Part shown: positions 10,408-20,506 of the stretch, one piece after another
How positions within the stretch are numbered: the stretch's first letter is position 1
Layout of the letters: each line of letters starts with the position of its first letter
From: Candidatus Peribacteria bacterium
GTDB lineage: Bacteria; Patescibacteriota; Gracilibacteria; Peribacterales; Peribacteraceae
Assembly: GCA_041691135.1 (NCBI GenBank)
Contig: JBEPVF010000007.1
Coordinates: forward strand, 1-64,000
Length of the DNA: 64,000 nucleotides
Direction of reading: 5' to 3'
Made by a program: the position numbers and the translations under genes
The notes under the pieces: generated by a model
What the model was told of the DNA's origin: nothing
Databases searched by the model: none
The model's input: the letters and a program-made list of their open reading frames with translations, nothing else

Positions 10408-11010
10408 TCATTCGGCCGTGTGTGTTCCTCCAAAACGGTCGACCAAAACTTCAAACAGGTTGACGTATATCAGACCTTCCTTTCCTAGAACTCGTTGTAC
10501 GTCTCTTTGAAAATGTTTCAAAGATGAATCAAACGACCATCCATCTGAATCTTCATTGCGCCAAGTTATTGCGCCTCCCACCGACAACACACGCTGATCG
10601 ATCCCCATGCTCACACTTCGAATGTCGTCGAGACGGCGTCTTGCTCCGATGATGGCCTGTAAAAGCGCCTGTGCAATTTGGGCGGGTTTTGTTCTTTCGC
10701 CTTGAGCCGTAAGTGCATATCTTCCTGTCATCGATAACGGTTTCGAATCCGACGGTGGCGCCGAAAAAGCGAAGTTGCTCAATTGCAGCGTGTCACCCAG
10801 GGTTATTATTAGCTTTTCTAACTGAGCTCGTCTTGCGATTTGCATCTCTACAAGTGCTCCATGAGGATCTGTGGACGTATCAATGAACAATTCCTTCACA
10901 TTAATTGTATCACTTGATCCTGCTGCTTCTATAAGCGCGGATCTCAATTCTGCTTCAGAAAGAATGGTTTCGCCTTGGGCCGATATAAAGTGTGGAAGAT
11001 GTGGCGCCAT
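10408..11010 (-). CDS. Hypothetical protein (AT-richer orphan)
   Basis: 200-aa ORF filling the gap between korB and trmD; no recognisable motif. Confidence 0.65.
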   Translation of the reverse strand: MAPHLPHFISAQGETILSEAELRSALIEAAGSSDTINVKELFIDTSTDPHGALVEMQIARRAQLEKLIITLGDTLQLSNFAFSAPPSDSKPLSMTGRYALTAQGERTKPAQIAQALLQAIIGARRRLDDIRSVSMGIDQRVLSVGGAITWRNEDSDGWSFDSSLKHFQRDVQRVLGKEGLIYVNLFEVLVDRFGGTHTAE

Positions 11011-11153
11011 GAAAAATATGGATACAAAGTAGGGTGTTCTTATAGTTAACCAAATTCGGTAAGTCAACGCATGAGCGCGAACCAAAGCCTTTGTGGCAGT
11101 CAGGAGAGGAAAAACCGGTTCCCCTCCAGAAACTCCATCGGTATCGTATTTGC

Positions 11154-11819
11154 ATGCGCATCGACATTCTCACCCTGTTCCCCGGCATGTTCACCGGCCC
11201 GCTCACCGAGAGCATTCTCCAGCGTGGGCAGGATGCGGGTCACCTGCAGATTCACCTGCATGATCTGCGAACCTTTGCGAAAGGCACGCACAAACAGGTC
11301 GACGACAAACCGTACGGCGGCGGCGCGGGGATGGTGATGATGGCCGAACCGATTGTGCAGTTGATTGAAGAAGTCAGTCAGAGCTCAGACAGTAAATCTA
11401 AAAAAGGTCCTCACAGAATTTATTTGTCGCCGCGCGGCAAGCGGTTGAAGCAGACGAAAGTAGAGCAGATGGCGAAGAACCATGATTGGTTATTGTTGTT
11501 GTGTGGCCATTACGAAGGCATCGATCAGCGTGTGATCGATGGATGGATCGACGAAGAGATTTCGATCGGTGATTACGTCCTCACCGGCGGTGAACTGCCG
11601 GCAATGGTGTTGGTGGATGCGGTGGCGCGGCATATTCCGGGCGTGCTCGGCAAAGAGGAATCGGCCGCCGAAGAGAGCTTCTCCAAGTCACTCGATCGCA
11701 AGCGCGAGTATCCGCTGTACACGCGACCGGAGGAGTTTAGAGACATGAAAGTGCCGCCTGTACTGCTGAGCGGGCATCACAAAGAGATTGAGAAATGGAA
11801 GAAAGAGAACCTGGCTTGA
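11154..11819 (+). CDS. trmD: tRNA (guanine-N1)-methyltransferase
   Basis: IDILTLFP, VDDKPYGGGAGM, CGHYEGIDQR, SIGDYVLTGGE. Confidence 0.97.
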   Translation: MRIDILTLFPGMFTGPLTESILQRGQDAGHLQIHLHDLRTFAKGTHKQVDDKPYGGGAGMVMMAEPIVQLIEEVSQSSDSKSKKGPHRIYLSPRGKRLKQTKVEQMAKNHDWLLLLCGHYEGIDQRVIDGWIDEEISIGDYVLTGGELPAMVLVDAVARHIPGVLGKEESAAEESFSKSLDRKREYPLYTRPEEFRDMKVPPVLLSGHHKEIEKWKKENLA

Positions 11820-11821
11820 TC

Positions 11822-12091
11822 ATGGATGTTCAATTGCTGAAAGACCGGCTGATACGAGAAGGAACACTGACGCTCGTTGTACGTGTGCGACCCAATGCGT
11901 CTCGATCACAATGGAAAGCGGTGATGGCTGACGGAGTGATCAAGATCGATCTGGCTGCCGTACCCGAAGACGGTAAAGCGAATGAAGAGCTCCTCGGTTT
12001 TTTGAGCGAAGAATTTGATGTGATGACGGTTAATATTTCATTGGTGTCCGGTCACACTTCCAAGCAAAAGCGGCTGAAAATAACGTTATGA
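11822..12091 (+). CDS. DUF167 / UPF0235 (YggU-like) protein
   Basis: VRVRPNA, PEDGKANEEL, SGHTSKQK. Confidence 0.88.
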   Translation: MDVQLLKDRLIREGTLTLVVRVRPNASRSQWKAVMADGVIKIDLAAVPEDGKANEELLGFLSEEFDVMTVNISLVSGHTSKQKRLKITL

Positions 12092-12898
12092 TTGGCAATG
12101 TGGGCACCACACCGTCCCGCGTTGGCCGATGGTCGTGCGCTTCAGCGTCGTCTCGCAGGTGAGGCAGGGCTTGCCGCCTCGGCCGTACACGAAGAGCTTC
12201 TTCTGGTTCTTGCCGGGTTTGCCGAACAGATCGGCGAAGTCCGAGAAACTTGTCCCCATGTTGCGAATGCCTTTCTGTAGCGTTTTTCGGATGGCTTTGT
12301 AGAGGGCTTTCCGTTCACTTTTTGTGAGAGTTGCCACGCGGCGGCGCGGGTCGATGCCGGCGACAAAACACGATTCATCGGCGTAGATGTTGCCGATGCC
12401 CGCCACAAATGTTTGATCCAGCAGGACTGACTTCAATATTCCCTTCTTCTTGCCGAGCCGCTTCAGAAAATCCGTCTCGGAAATCGTGAGCGCATCGGGT
12501 CCCAGTTTCTTCAAACTCGGATGCTGATCGATGTCTTTCGTTGGTACCAGCAATGCGCGTCCCAGCGTTCGAGGATCGTTGAAAATCAAGAGTTGATCAT
12601 CTTTCAAATGAAAACGAATTCGTTCGTAAGTGAGGGGCGGCTCGTGCTTTTTGCGCAGACCCAGCCTGCCACTCATTTTCAGATGCAAGATCAGTGTCAG
12701 ATCTTTCTGCAGATGCACCAGTAAGTACTTGCCTCGACGTTCCAGCGAGAGGATAGACCGGCCGCGCAGGTCCTCAATGAATCCTTTTTTGGGTCCGATC
12801 ATGTTCTTACGCAGAACTTCCACATCACGAATCAAATTCTTGCTGAGAATGGGTGCAACGGCGCGGAGCGTGGTTTCGACTTCGGGGAGTTCGGGCAT
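12086..12898 (-). CDS. mutM: Formamidopyrimidine-DNA glycosylase
   Basis: MPELPEVET, RRGKY, HLKMSG, GIGNIYADE, C-terminal Zn finger. Confidence 0.97.
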   Translation of the reverse strand: MPELPEVETTLRAVAPILSKNLIRDVEVLRKNMIGPKKGFIEDLRGRSILSLERRGKYLLVHLQKDLTLILHLKMSGRLGLRKKHEPPLTYERIRFHLKDDQLLIFNDPRTLGRALLVPTKDIDQHPSLKKLGPDALTISETDFLKRLGKKKGILKSVLLDQTFVAGIGNIYADESCFVAGIDPRRRVATLTKSERKALYKAIRKTLQKGIRNMGTSFSDFADLFGKPGKNQKKLFVYGRGGKPCLTCETTLKRTTIGQRGTVWCPHCQS

Positions 12899-12950
12899 AG
12901 GTGCACAGTATAAGTGTATTTGATATGTTTTTGTGAAAAGAGAAGCAGAC

Positions 12951-13070
12951 AGTGACCGATGTGACCGAGGTAGCAGAGGTGGCAGATGTGACGGATTATG
13001 AGGAGTATTTCCTCTTTTTATCCTCTGCAGCTTCATCCTCGGTCCCCCCGGTCACGTCTGTCACCTTTAT
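12951..13070. repeat. Degenerate 9-mer tandem repeat in inverted arrangement
   Basis: GTGACCGAT GTGACCGAG GTAGCAGAG GTGGCAGAT GTGACGGAT, then complementary units to ~13066; related tracts at 18935, 25791, 37121, 40917, 47752, 53831. Confidence 0.7.
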
Positions 13071-13078
13071 CTCATATT

Positions 13079-13753
13079 TCAGCGTACATCTTGCCCATTC
13101 GTCGATGTCTTCATCGTATTATTCAGCTTTACCCGGTAGATCAGTTCGACCATTTCGGCGCGGGTCATGTAGTGCGCGGCGGTTTTGATCGAGGTCGGGA
13201 TCGCCTTCAGGTCCGATAATTTATCGACGTACTGCTTGTACCAATGGTCACTCGACTTATCGGGATTCGCAAAGTCGGCAACGAAGGTGTTCACGACGAT
13301 CTTGGCGGCTTCGGCAAAGTTGATGGGATTCCCCGGACGGTACGATCCGTCGCTATAACCATCAATAATATCTTTTATCTGCGCAGCGCAGACGGCGTTG
13401 GCATACCAGGAATCTTTTTGCACATCGAAGAAGAAAATATGAATCTTGTCCGTCTCGTGATCCGACACGCAGTTATTGGTCACATCGGTGTTGAGGAAGA
13501 ATGGATTCGTGATGAAGTACGCGAATTCAGCGCGATTGATTTGCTGGTCAGGCTTGAATGTTCCATCGGCGTAGCCGCGAATTAAATTTTGCTGACGGAA
13601 GTATTCAATCGACGTGTAGAACGGTGATGTGGTCGGGACATCGGTGAACGGAGCATTCGAGAATGGTGTGGTGGCTGCCAGAGTCGGTGCGGCGGTACAC
13701 AGAATTGACAGCGCCGTCAGAAGGCCGAAGCCAGCGCGGAGATGCGTGGTCAT
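13079..13753 (-). CDS. Secreted S-layer homology (SLH) domain protein
   Basis: Signal peptide; FTDV, IRGYADGTFKPDQQINRAE, GYSDGSYRPGNPINFAE. Confidence 0.9.
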   Translation of the reverse strand: MTTHLRAGFGLLTALSILCTAAPTLAATTPFSNAPFTDVPTTSPFYTSIEYFRQQNLIRGYADGTFKPDQQINRAEFAYFITNPFFLNTDVTNNCVSDHETDKIHIFFFDVQKDSWYANAVCAAQIKDIIDGYSDGSYRPGNPINFAEAAKIVVNTFVADFANPDKSSDHWYKQYVDKLSDLKAIPTSIKTAAHYMTRAEMVELIYRVKLNNTMKTSTNGQDVR

Positions 13754-13820
13754 GGAAAGAAGGGGGAAAGGAGAGGAAGGGAGATCCTCGGGGTGTTACA
13801 ACGCATGTATACTCTTTTCC

Positions 13821-14555
13821 TTACAAGCCTGGGCTTGACGATGCCGGTCCGTGTTCGATGGCCGCATTGATTTTGCCGCGTAAATCGGCGTATTCGGGCA
13901 GCCCCACTGCTTTATCTTCGTCAAGGACGAATGTGGGCACCAGCGTGATGCCCAGCTGTTTCAGAGAGTGATTCTGCTCGTCGAGGGTTGCTTTGGTGGC
14001 GGCATCATGGAGACAGGCGGTGAAATCCTTCTCGTTCAGGGTCAATTGTTTTGCCAGTTTAACGACGGTTTTTTCGTCACGTGGCTGCAATGAAAACAGG
14101 GAATTGTGGATGGCCAGTCCCTTGCCTTGCTTGGCACCACATAGCAAAGCGGCGGCGAACAGATTGCTTTCGGTGTACTTCAGAAGCGGCAGTGTCACCA
14201 CTTGGTAACGCAGTAGTCCCGTATTGATGAAATCCTGTTTCAGGCGTGGAAAATCCTCCAGTTCAAATTGCCGGCAGTACGTGCAGGCATGGTTTGTGAC
14301 CAGCAGAAGGGTGTGCGGCGCGCCGCTCTTGCCTAGTTCCACAACACCGGAAGCCAAGAGAGATTCGCGCACGGCACCGGTACCTGCCTTCACCGACGCA
14401 GGTATCTGGACGGCCGTCCCATCGTCGCTGCTCACGGACGAAGAGACCGAACTGCGGCTGGAACTGCTTAGAAAAGATGTACTGGTTGGTCGTGGGGCGC
14501 AGGCAGCCAGCAAAAGCAGTCCCAGAACCAGGCCGACAACGTATGTCTTTTTCAT
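13821..14555 (-). CDS. DsbA-like thioredoxin-fold lipoprotein
   Basis: LAAC lipobox, CTYC, GITLVPTF. Confidence 0.85.
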   Translation of the reverse strand: MKKTYVVGLVLGLLLLAACAPRPTSTSFLSSSSRSSVSSSVSSDDGTAVQIPASVKAGTGAVRESLLASGVVELGKSGAPHTLLLVTNHACTYCRQFELEDFPRLKQDFINTGLLRYQVVTLPLLKYTESNLFAAALLCGAKQGKGLAIHNSLFSLQPRDEKTVVKLAKQLTLNEKDFTACLHDAATKATLDEQNHSLKQLGITLVPTFVLDEDKAVGLPEYADLRGKINAAIEHGPASSSPGL

Positions 14556-14619
14556 GACGATCGAGAGGATAGCGGGAATCGCTGGCTTGTCGCTAGTAGC
14601 AGCTTGTAGGATCTTGGTT

Positions 14620-15384
14620 ATGGGACAGCTGCCTCTTTCTTTGCGTCAGCGCATTCAGTTGTTGGGCGTACCTATCGATGTTCTCACGCACACGGAGGCG
14701 ATTCGCTGTCTGCAGGAATTTCTGATCGATGGCCATCAGCATCATGTGATGACACCCAACAGCGAGATGCTGGTTGCGTCATGTACTGATGCTGCATTTC
14801 GCGAGGTGCTCAAACACAGTGATCTGAACTTGCCCGACAGCAGTGGTCTGCTATTTGCCGCGCGCTGGACCGGTCAGCGTCTCCCCGAACGCGTGACAGG
14901 TGTCGATACGGTCACTCACTTGTGTGCCCAACTGGCGCCCGATCATCCGGTGTATCTGCTGGGTGCAGCACCGGGTATTGCCGAGCGAGCGGCTGCGGCG
15001 TTGCAGACCGTCAATCCTCAGCTTCGCATAGGGGGCACCTTTGCCGGTTCGCCGCGTGCAGAGGCCGTGGCTGACATTATCGAGCGCATCAATGCCGCCA
15101 AACCGCATGTATTATTTGTGGCCTATGGCGCACCGTCTCAGGATCAGTGGATCGCACGGTACCTCAGTCAGATGCCGAGCGTGCGCATCGCCATCGGCGT
15201 CGGCGGGACTTTCGATTTTTTGGCCGGTCATATCAAACGTGCGCCGTTGCTTCTCCGCCGGTTGCATCTCGAATGGGCATGGCGGTTTGGGCAGGAGCCA
15301 TCGCGTTGGAAAAGGATAGGGCGGGCGGCGGTCGTGTTTCCCATCCTGGTTCTGCGGTATGGAAAAGAAGCACCCAGAAATTGA
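14620..15384 (+). CDS. WecG/TagA/CpsF family glycosyltransferase
   Basis: TPNSE, RVTGVD, VAYGAPSQD, GVGGTFD, RAP...LEW. Confidence 0.92.
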   Translation: MGQLPLSLRQRIQLLGVPIDVLTHTEAIRCLQEFLIDGHQHHVMTPNSEMLVASCTDAAFREVLKHSDLNLPDSSGLLFAARWTGQRLPERVTGVDTVTHLCAQLAPDHPVYLLGAAPGIAERAAAALQTVNPQLRIGGTFAGSPRAEAVADIIERINAAKPHVLFVAYGAPSQDQWIARYLSQMPSVRIAIGVGGTFDFLAGHIKRAPLLLRRLHLEWAWRFGQEPSRWKRIGRAAVVFPILVLRYGKEAPRN

Positions 15385-15440
15385 GGATGGAAAATTAGAG
15401 CAGTCACACTGACTCCTGAACTACCTCCGGCATTCTCAAT

Positions 15441-15752
15441 TTACTCGTGTAGCAACTCCCGGTCTGTCATTGCCCATAGGCCATCCTCTTTTCGGATTTT
15501 GATCAATTCGTGTCCCTTGGGAGAGGTAACCAGATAGTCGCGTTGCGTCAGGCGTTCACGAAGGAGTTCGGCGTGAGTAATGGTCGGATCCAGTACGTAT
15601 AAAGCGAGATCGGGTTTATCGATAAGAGCAGCGTTTAAATTCAGCGTCGCACGTGCGAGCGCAGCCGCCAAACTTACGATGGCAATGCACAGAATCAATG
15701 TCCACACAGTGGCTTTGACGAAGTGCGGGCGAGGGATGGAAGAGAAGTCCAT
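15441..15752 (-). CDS. Hypothetical membrane-anchored protein
   Basis: 103 aa, N-terminal TM helix, TATAAT upstream. Confidence 0.7.
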   Translation of the reverse strand: MDFSSIPRPHFVKATVWTLILCIAIVSLAAALARATLNLNAALIDKPDLALYVLDPTITHAELLRERLTQRDYLVTSPKGHELIKIRKEDGLWAMTDRELLHE

Positions 15753-15877
15753 AAATCATAGTATTATACCAGAAAATTTGGTTGGAATCCAGGAATTAGG
15801 ATTCTCACAGGTTCTGCGACCTCAATCCCGTTTCCGGACTCGTGGCTCATTGCAGTCGCTCATGCTAGATTCGTGCC

Positions 15878-16546
15878 ATGTCGACGCTCATCCTTCTCCG
15901 CCATGGCCAGTCGCAGTGGAATCTGGAAAACCGGTTTACGGGTTGGACGGATGTGCCGCTCACCGCCCAAGGCGAAGCGGATGCGGCTAAGGCGGGACAG
16001 GCGCTCAAGGAATATTCTTTTCAGCGTGCATTCACATCGAAACTGCAACGGGCGACCAAAACGCTCGAGATTGTTTTGCGTGAACTCGGTCAATTGCAGA
16101 TACCAGTCGTATCAGATGTTGCGCTGAACGAGCGACATTACGGTGATCTGCAGGGGCTCAACAAAGCCGAGACGGCCGAGAAGTACGGGCAGGATCAGGT
16201 AAAGCTGTGGCGCCGGAGCTACGACACCGCGCCGCCGGGCGGCGAGAGCATGGCTGATTGTGAGAAGCGTACGAATCCGTTTTTCCTCGAACAAGTGTTG
16301 CCGCATGTTGAAGCGGGCGAGAATGTCATCGTCGTGGCACACGGGAATTCCCTGCGCCCGATCATCAAATATTTGGACAAACTGGAGCCCGAAGCAGCCG
16401 CGACGCTCGAGATCGGACTCTGCACGCCGTACATTTACACTTTCGAAGGAAAAAATCTGGTGAAGCGTGAAGTGCGTGAAGTGCCGGGGATTGTGACGAA
16501 AGGATCGAGTACGACCGAAAAGACGGTAGAAGGAGGAAGAGTTTAA
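15878..16546 (+). CDS. gpmA: 2,3-bisphosphoglycerate-dependent phosphoglycerate mutase
   Basis: LLRHGQSQWN, RFTGW, LNERHYGDLQG, AHGNSLR. Confidence 0.96.
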   Translation: MSTLILLRHGQSQWNLENRFTGWTDVPLTAQGEADAAKAGQALKEYSFQRAFTSKLQRATKTLEIVLRELGQLQIPVVSDVALNERHYGDLQGLNKAETAEKYGQDQVKLWRRSYDTAPPGGESMADCEKRTNPFFLEQVLPHVEAGENVIVVAHGNSLRPIIKYLDKLEPEAAATLEIGLCTPYIYTFEGKNLVKREVREVPGIVTKGSSTTEKTVEGGRV

Positions 16547-17003
16547 GAGGTGAAAGCTTCGTGTGCTTGTATCGAGACAATAGAACCTTTTTGTTTAAAA
16601 CTAAGGCAAAGGAACACACCCAATCGTTCCTGCTTAACGAGTTCTTGTACCGCCATAATTTCGCTATCCAATCCGCGAATATCCAAGATAGATCCTTCTT
16701 GATTGGTAGGACGTATTGTCAGGGTTTCTTCCGGACGCTTGTACCAGCTACTACCGTGCTGATCGATGGCCATATCTGCGAAGTTGCATTGGCGTTTCAG
16801 TCTTGCCTGTACGTGTTCATATTGGTGGAAAACTCTGCTGCGGTATTTTGGTGGGATGGATCGATGATGAGGCGAAACGCATAGTAAAAACCTGGCTCAA
16901 TGATTGTGAATTCTTGTAAGAGAGAATCAGCTTTGGTCTCAGTGGTTGTTTGTAATACGCCATTCCGTTCAGTACGGGTAAGAGACATGATTGAATTCTC
17001 CAT
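16543..17003 (-). pseudogene. Probable frameshifted hypothetical gene
   Basis: Two ORFs (68 and 76 aa) in different frames whose open frames overlap; one added base near 16850 would join them (…IIDPSH-PKYRSRVF…). Confidence 0.4.
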
Positions 17004-17039
17004 TCCCTCTATCCCTGAGTCAAAGTATTCTACTCACCG

Positions 17040-18377
17040 ATGCAAGATATCACGTACCGCTCCGACAAATTTTTCGAAGAGACCGGCGATCATCCCGATC
17101 GTCATGTGCATATTATTCTGATTGCCACGAAGCCGGATATCATTAAGCAGGTGCCGCTCTATAAAGAACTGAAGAAGCGGGGCCATTTGGTGCTCCTTGG
17201 GCATACCGGGCAGCACTACGACGAGAACTTATCGGGCGGAATGCTCAAGGAATTCGGCGTCGAACCGGATTTCAATTTGAATGTGCGCGGTGCGATGCAT
17301 GAAGTGGTGAGCCAGATCATCGGACGGCTGGGACATGTGATCGACGAACTGAAGAAACGCGACAAGATCGTGATCCCATACGTGCATGGCGATACGACCA
17401 CGGCGATGGCCGCATCGAATGCGGGATACTGTCATATGTTTGGATCGGTGCATGTGGAGGCAGGCATTCGCACGCTCACGCCGAAATATGGTGATGAAGC
17501 GCACCATGCGTGGGACAGCGAAGAGGCTTTCGATGTGAGCCACTGGTACAACTTTTTGCAGAAGGAAGAGAACTGGGAACGTGGCAGCCAGGAGCCGTTT
17601 CCGGAGCAGTTCAACACGCGTGCCAGCGAGGCGGCGACGGGGGTGCATCTGGCGCCGCACGAACTCGACCGGCATTTTTTGGAGAGTGAGGGCTACGCAT
17701 CGGATCGGATTTTCGTCGTCGGCAATTCGGTTGCTGATGCAACGTTGGAAGCCGTGGCGAATTCTGGAAGTACCAAGATTTTCCAGGAATATCCGCTGCT
17801 CAAGACCGGTAACTTTGTGCGTTTCTGCATCCATCGACGCGAAAACTGTTTATCCGAGCTGCGCTTCCGTTCGATCTACGATGCGATGGTCGGTTTGGTA
17901 CGTGACGGCAAAAGCGTCCTGCTCATTTCGATGTTTCAAACCGAACAAGCGCTCGATCGGTTTGGCATGCGCGAGGAAGTCGAGCGATTGCAGAATGAGT
18001 TTCCAAACTTCATCTACTCGCCGGTATGGTCGCAGTACACCGATGTGATCGCCGCTATGAGCAAGGCATCTGTCTGTGCCACCGATAGCGGATCGATGCA
18101 GGAGGAGATGAATATTCTCGGCGTGCCGTGCGTCACGCTCCGTTTCGGTTCCGACCGCAGCGAGTCCATCATGAACGGCGGCAATATCATCGCACCGCCC
18201 GTCAGCTCCTCGCTCATCCGCTCAGTGATCGACTTCGCCTGGGACAATGAATATATGCGGCGGCGTCCCAAAATCTATGGCGAGAATGTGAGTGCTAAAT
18301 GTATCGATGCGGTGGTGAAAGTATTGGCAGAAGGGGAGGTGTTTCGGAGTGAAGAGGAGAGATTGGGATTGCGGTAG
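17040..18377 (+). CDS. wecB: UDP-N-acetylglucosamine 2-epimerase (non-hydrolysing)
   Basis: TKPDIIK, HTGQHYD, VHGDT, HVEAGIR, HRREN, TDSGSMQEE. Confidence 0.93.
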   Translation: MQDITYRSDKFFEETGDHPDRHVHIILIATKPDIIKQVPLYKELKKRGHLVLLGHTGQHYDENLSGGMLKEFGVEPDFNLNVRGAMHEVVSQIIGRLGHVIDELKKRDKIVIPYVHGDTTTAMAASNAGYCHMFGSVHVEAGIRTLTPKYGDEAHHAWDSEEAFDVSHWYNFLQKEENWERGSQEPFPEQFNTRASEAATGVHLAPHELDRHFLESEGYASDRIFVVGNSVADATLEAVANSGSTKIFQEYPLLKTGNFVRFCIHRRENCLSELRFRSIYDAMVGLVRDGKSVLLISMFQTEQALDRFGMREEVERLQNEFPNFIYSPVWSQYTDVIAAMSKASVCATDSGSMQEEMNILGVPCVTLRFGSDRSESIMNGGNIIAPPVSSSLIRSVIDFAWDNEYMRRRPKIYGENVSAKCIDAVVKVLAEGEVFRSEEERLGLR

Positions 18378-18427
18378 GCTTTCACCTTTACCTTGGGAGC
18401 GGATCTGTCACCCTTCACCCTCACCCG

Positions 18428-18831
18428 CAGCAGCAGCCGTCCCCGGCTGCGGTGTCTGAACTATTCTCCTACACGAACAGTATCAGTCACCACTGGTGTT
18501 CTTTTTCTTGTCTCCCCGCGACAAGAAAAAGAACCAAAAAGAAGCGCACCGCCTATGACCCACCTCATGTCGATGGAGCGCCTATGGCTTGCTCCATCGA
18601 CATTCGTACCCACTCATCCCCACCACATAGGCGGAGGGGGTCATTGTCTGGAATAGCGAGCAGGCGAAGAGGTTGGGCGGCCTCTAGCCGCCTGGGAGTA
18701 GTGGAGACAGCTTCATTAAACAGTACACAAATACATCTCCCTCTCCCGGCAGGTTTCTGATGTTCCATGACGAACAGACGCTCACTACTTCCTTTGCGGT
18801 ATGGGAAGGAGGGAGAGGGCCGGGGTGAGGG
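18428..18831. repeat. Structured modular repeat R1, copy 2
   Basis: Same conserved blocks as copy 1; variable stem ATGTCGATGGAGC/GCTCCATCGACAT. Confidence 0.9.
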
Positions 18832-19024
18832 AGCACCCGCCAACGATGAATCGACCAGCTTCCACCGACCGCGTAGAAAGCGGCAGCGCCCTGCTGAAAA
18901 ATATCATCAAGCTCTTGATTCCCCTGCATCCTCTTCCTCTGTCCCCTCTGCCACCTCGGTCACTTCGGTCACCTCTCTCTTAAGACCCCGTGCCTCCTGC
19001 CTCTCAATCAGCTAGCATTGCTCT

Positions 19025-20506
19025 ATGCTTCAAAAAGCCCGTGAATCGCTCACGCTGATATTGATCACGTTGCTGCCGTTTCATGCCTTGTTTGTGACGG
19101 TTGTGACGAAGGTGCTCTTGGGAGAAGGACATGCTCCTTTGAGCGTGCTCGCACTGTGGAAGGAGGCATTGTTGGTCGTCATTGTCGGGTTTGCGTGCGT
19201 GGAAATTTTTCGAAGTGCATCTGCGCGGGAGATGCGGCGGGTCGATATTTTTGATGTGCTCCTGCTGGCATTGATTGCGATCGCTGTGCTGCTCACGGCA
19301 ATGAATCAGGAATGGAAGCATGCGCTCTACGGTTTCAAATACGACCTGTTTGTGCCGGCGGCGTTTTTGGTTTTGCGACGCGTGTCGTGGTCCGAACAAT
19401 TTCGCCATACCCTGGCGAAGTCCGTAATGATCGTCGGCGGGTTCTTGGCTCTGTATGGATTGCTCACGCTGCTCTTTCCCGAGTCGTTCTTCCATCTGCT
19501 CGGCTATTCGGATTTGCATTCACTGTATTTGCCGAATGGATCATTGGCGCCGTTCCAGCAAATCGGCGGCCTTGGGCTGCGTCGTATCCAGAGCACCATG
19601 AGCGGACCGAACCAATTTGGCCTATGGCTCCTCATTCCGTTTTCGATCGCCTTGTGTACGGCATGGAAAGGGGAAGATCACCTGCGGTCTCCTATGCGCA
19701 CTACCGCCGAAACGCTGCCGCAAGCTTATCGGCCACGCGAATATTTTCCTTACTTGCTGCTCCTGCTCCTCGCCATTCTCTTCACCTTCTCGCGCTCGGC
19801 GTGGATTGCGGTAATCCTCATCCTCTTTGGTTTCTTGTTCCTCACGCTTCCGCAACGCGTATCGTGGTCCATCACGCTGAGCACGCTGATTTTTGCTCTC
19901 CTGGTCGGCACGGTTGTCGGCTCGCTGGCGCCGGGAGTGGTGTTGCGTGTCGCATCATCCAAAGGACATATCGACCGGCCGATACAGGCCATGGAAACCA
20001 TGCGTGCCAACCCGTTGGGCCTCGGCCTCGGGACAGCGGGACCTGCCAGCAATCGCTTCAGTGATGCGTGTGTGGATGTGGAAGCCGGCAGTGATCTGTC
20101 GTGGGCGAAGTACCATCCGGAGCTGTGCTTATTGTCCGATGGTCGTCAGTTGAAGCCGGGAAACCGCACGTGCCACTGTCCGCTGCTCACCGAGAACTGG
20201 TATCTGCAGATCGGTGTGGAGCTCGGCATTGCGGGCTTGATCCTGTGGACACTCATTACCATTCTTATGTTGCTGAAAACCGGTCGCGTCGCGATCACTG
20301 CCACCCGACGTGTCTTCAATCCGCGGCTGATGCATCGTGGTACGCAAGAGGCGAATCAATTCATCATCGAACGCTCGGCATTCCTCATGTTTCTGGGTGT
20401 GAGCGTGGCTGCGCTGTTTCTCCATGCGTGGGAGGATAGTGCGGTGATGATGACGGTGTGGGTGCTGTTGGCGCTTTCTCTATCTCAGAAGGGAAATACA
20501 CGTTGA
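19025..20506 (+). CDS. O-antigen ligase/polymerase-like (Wzy_C) membrane protein
   Basis: Many TM helices, GPNQFG, TFSRSAW, PLGLGLG, ENWYLQIGVELGIAG. Confidence 0.85.
   Translation: MLQKARESLTLILITLLPFHALFVTVVTKVLLGEGHAPLSVLALWKEALLVVIVGFACVEIFRSASAREMRRVDIFDVLLLALIAIAVLLTAMNQEWKHALYGFKYDLFVPAAFLVLRRVSWSEQFRHTLAKSVMIVGGFLALYGLLTLLFPESFFHLLGYSDLHSLYLPNGSLAPFQQIGGLGLRRIQSTMSGPNQFGLWLLIPFSIALCTAWKGEDHLRSPMRTTAETLPQAYRPREYFPYLLLLLLAILFTFSRSAWIAVILILFGFLFLTLPQRVSWSITLSTLIFALLVGTVVGSLAPGVVLRVASSKGHIDRPIQAMETMRANPLGLGLGTAGPASNRFSDACVDVEAGSDLSWAKYHPELCLLSDGRQLKPGNRTCHCPLLTENWYLQIGVELGIAGLILWTLITILMLLKTGRVAITATRRVFNPRLMHRGTQEANQFIIERSAFLMFLGVSVAALFLHAWEDSAVMMTVWVLLALSLSQKGNTR

Noticed and set aside
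12951-13070. Possible CRISPR array
   Set aside because: Degenerate 9-mers with no unique spacers; R1 copies are kilobases apart; no cas genes
14224-14619. N-terminal extensions in the ORF track (also patatin, trmD, mutM, nth, korB, 30674, 32621)
   Set aside because: They overlap neighbouring genes or promoters; family homology and -10/SD signals support the downstream starts
18393-18843. Similar short ORFs recurring at 46-451, 18393-18843, 36780-37067, 40462-40895 and at 22877-23089 / 34065-34308
   Set aside because: Translations of the R1 and R2 repeats; frames, starts and stops are not conserved between copies
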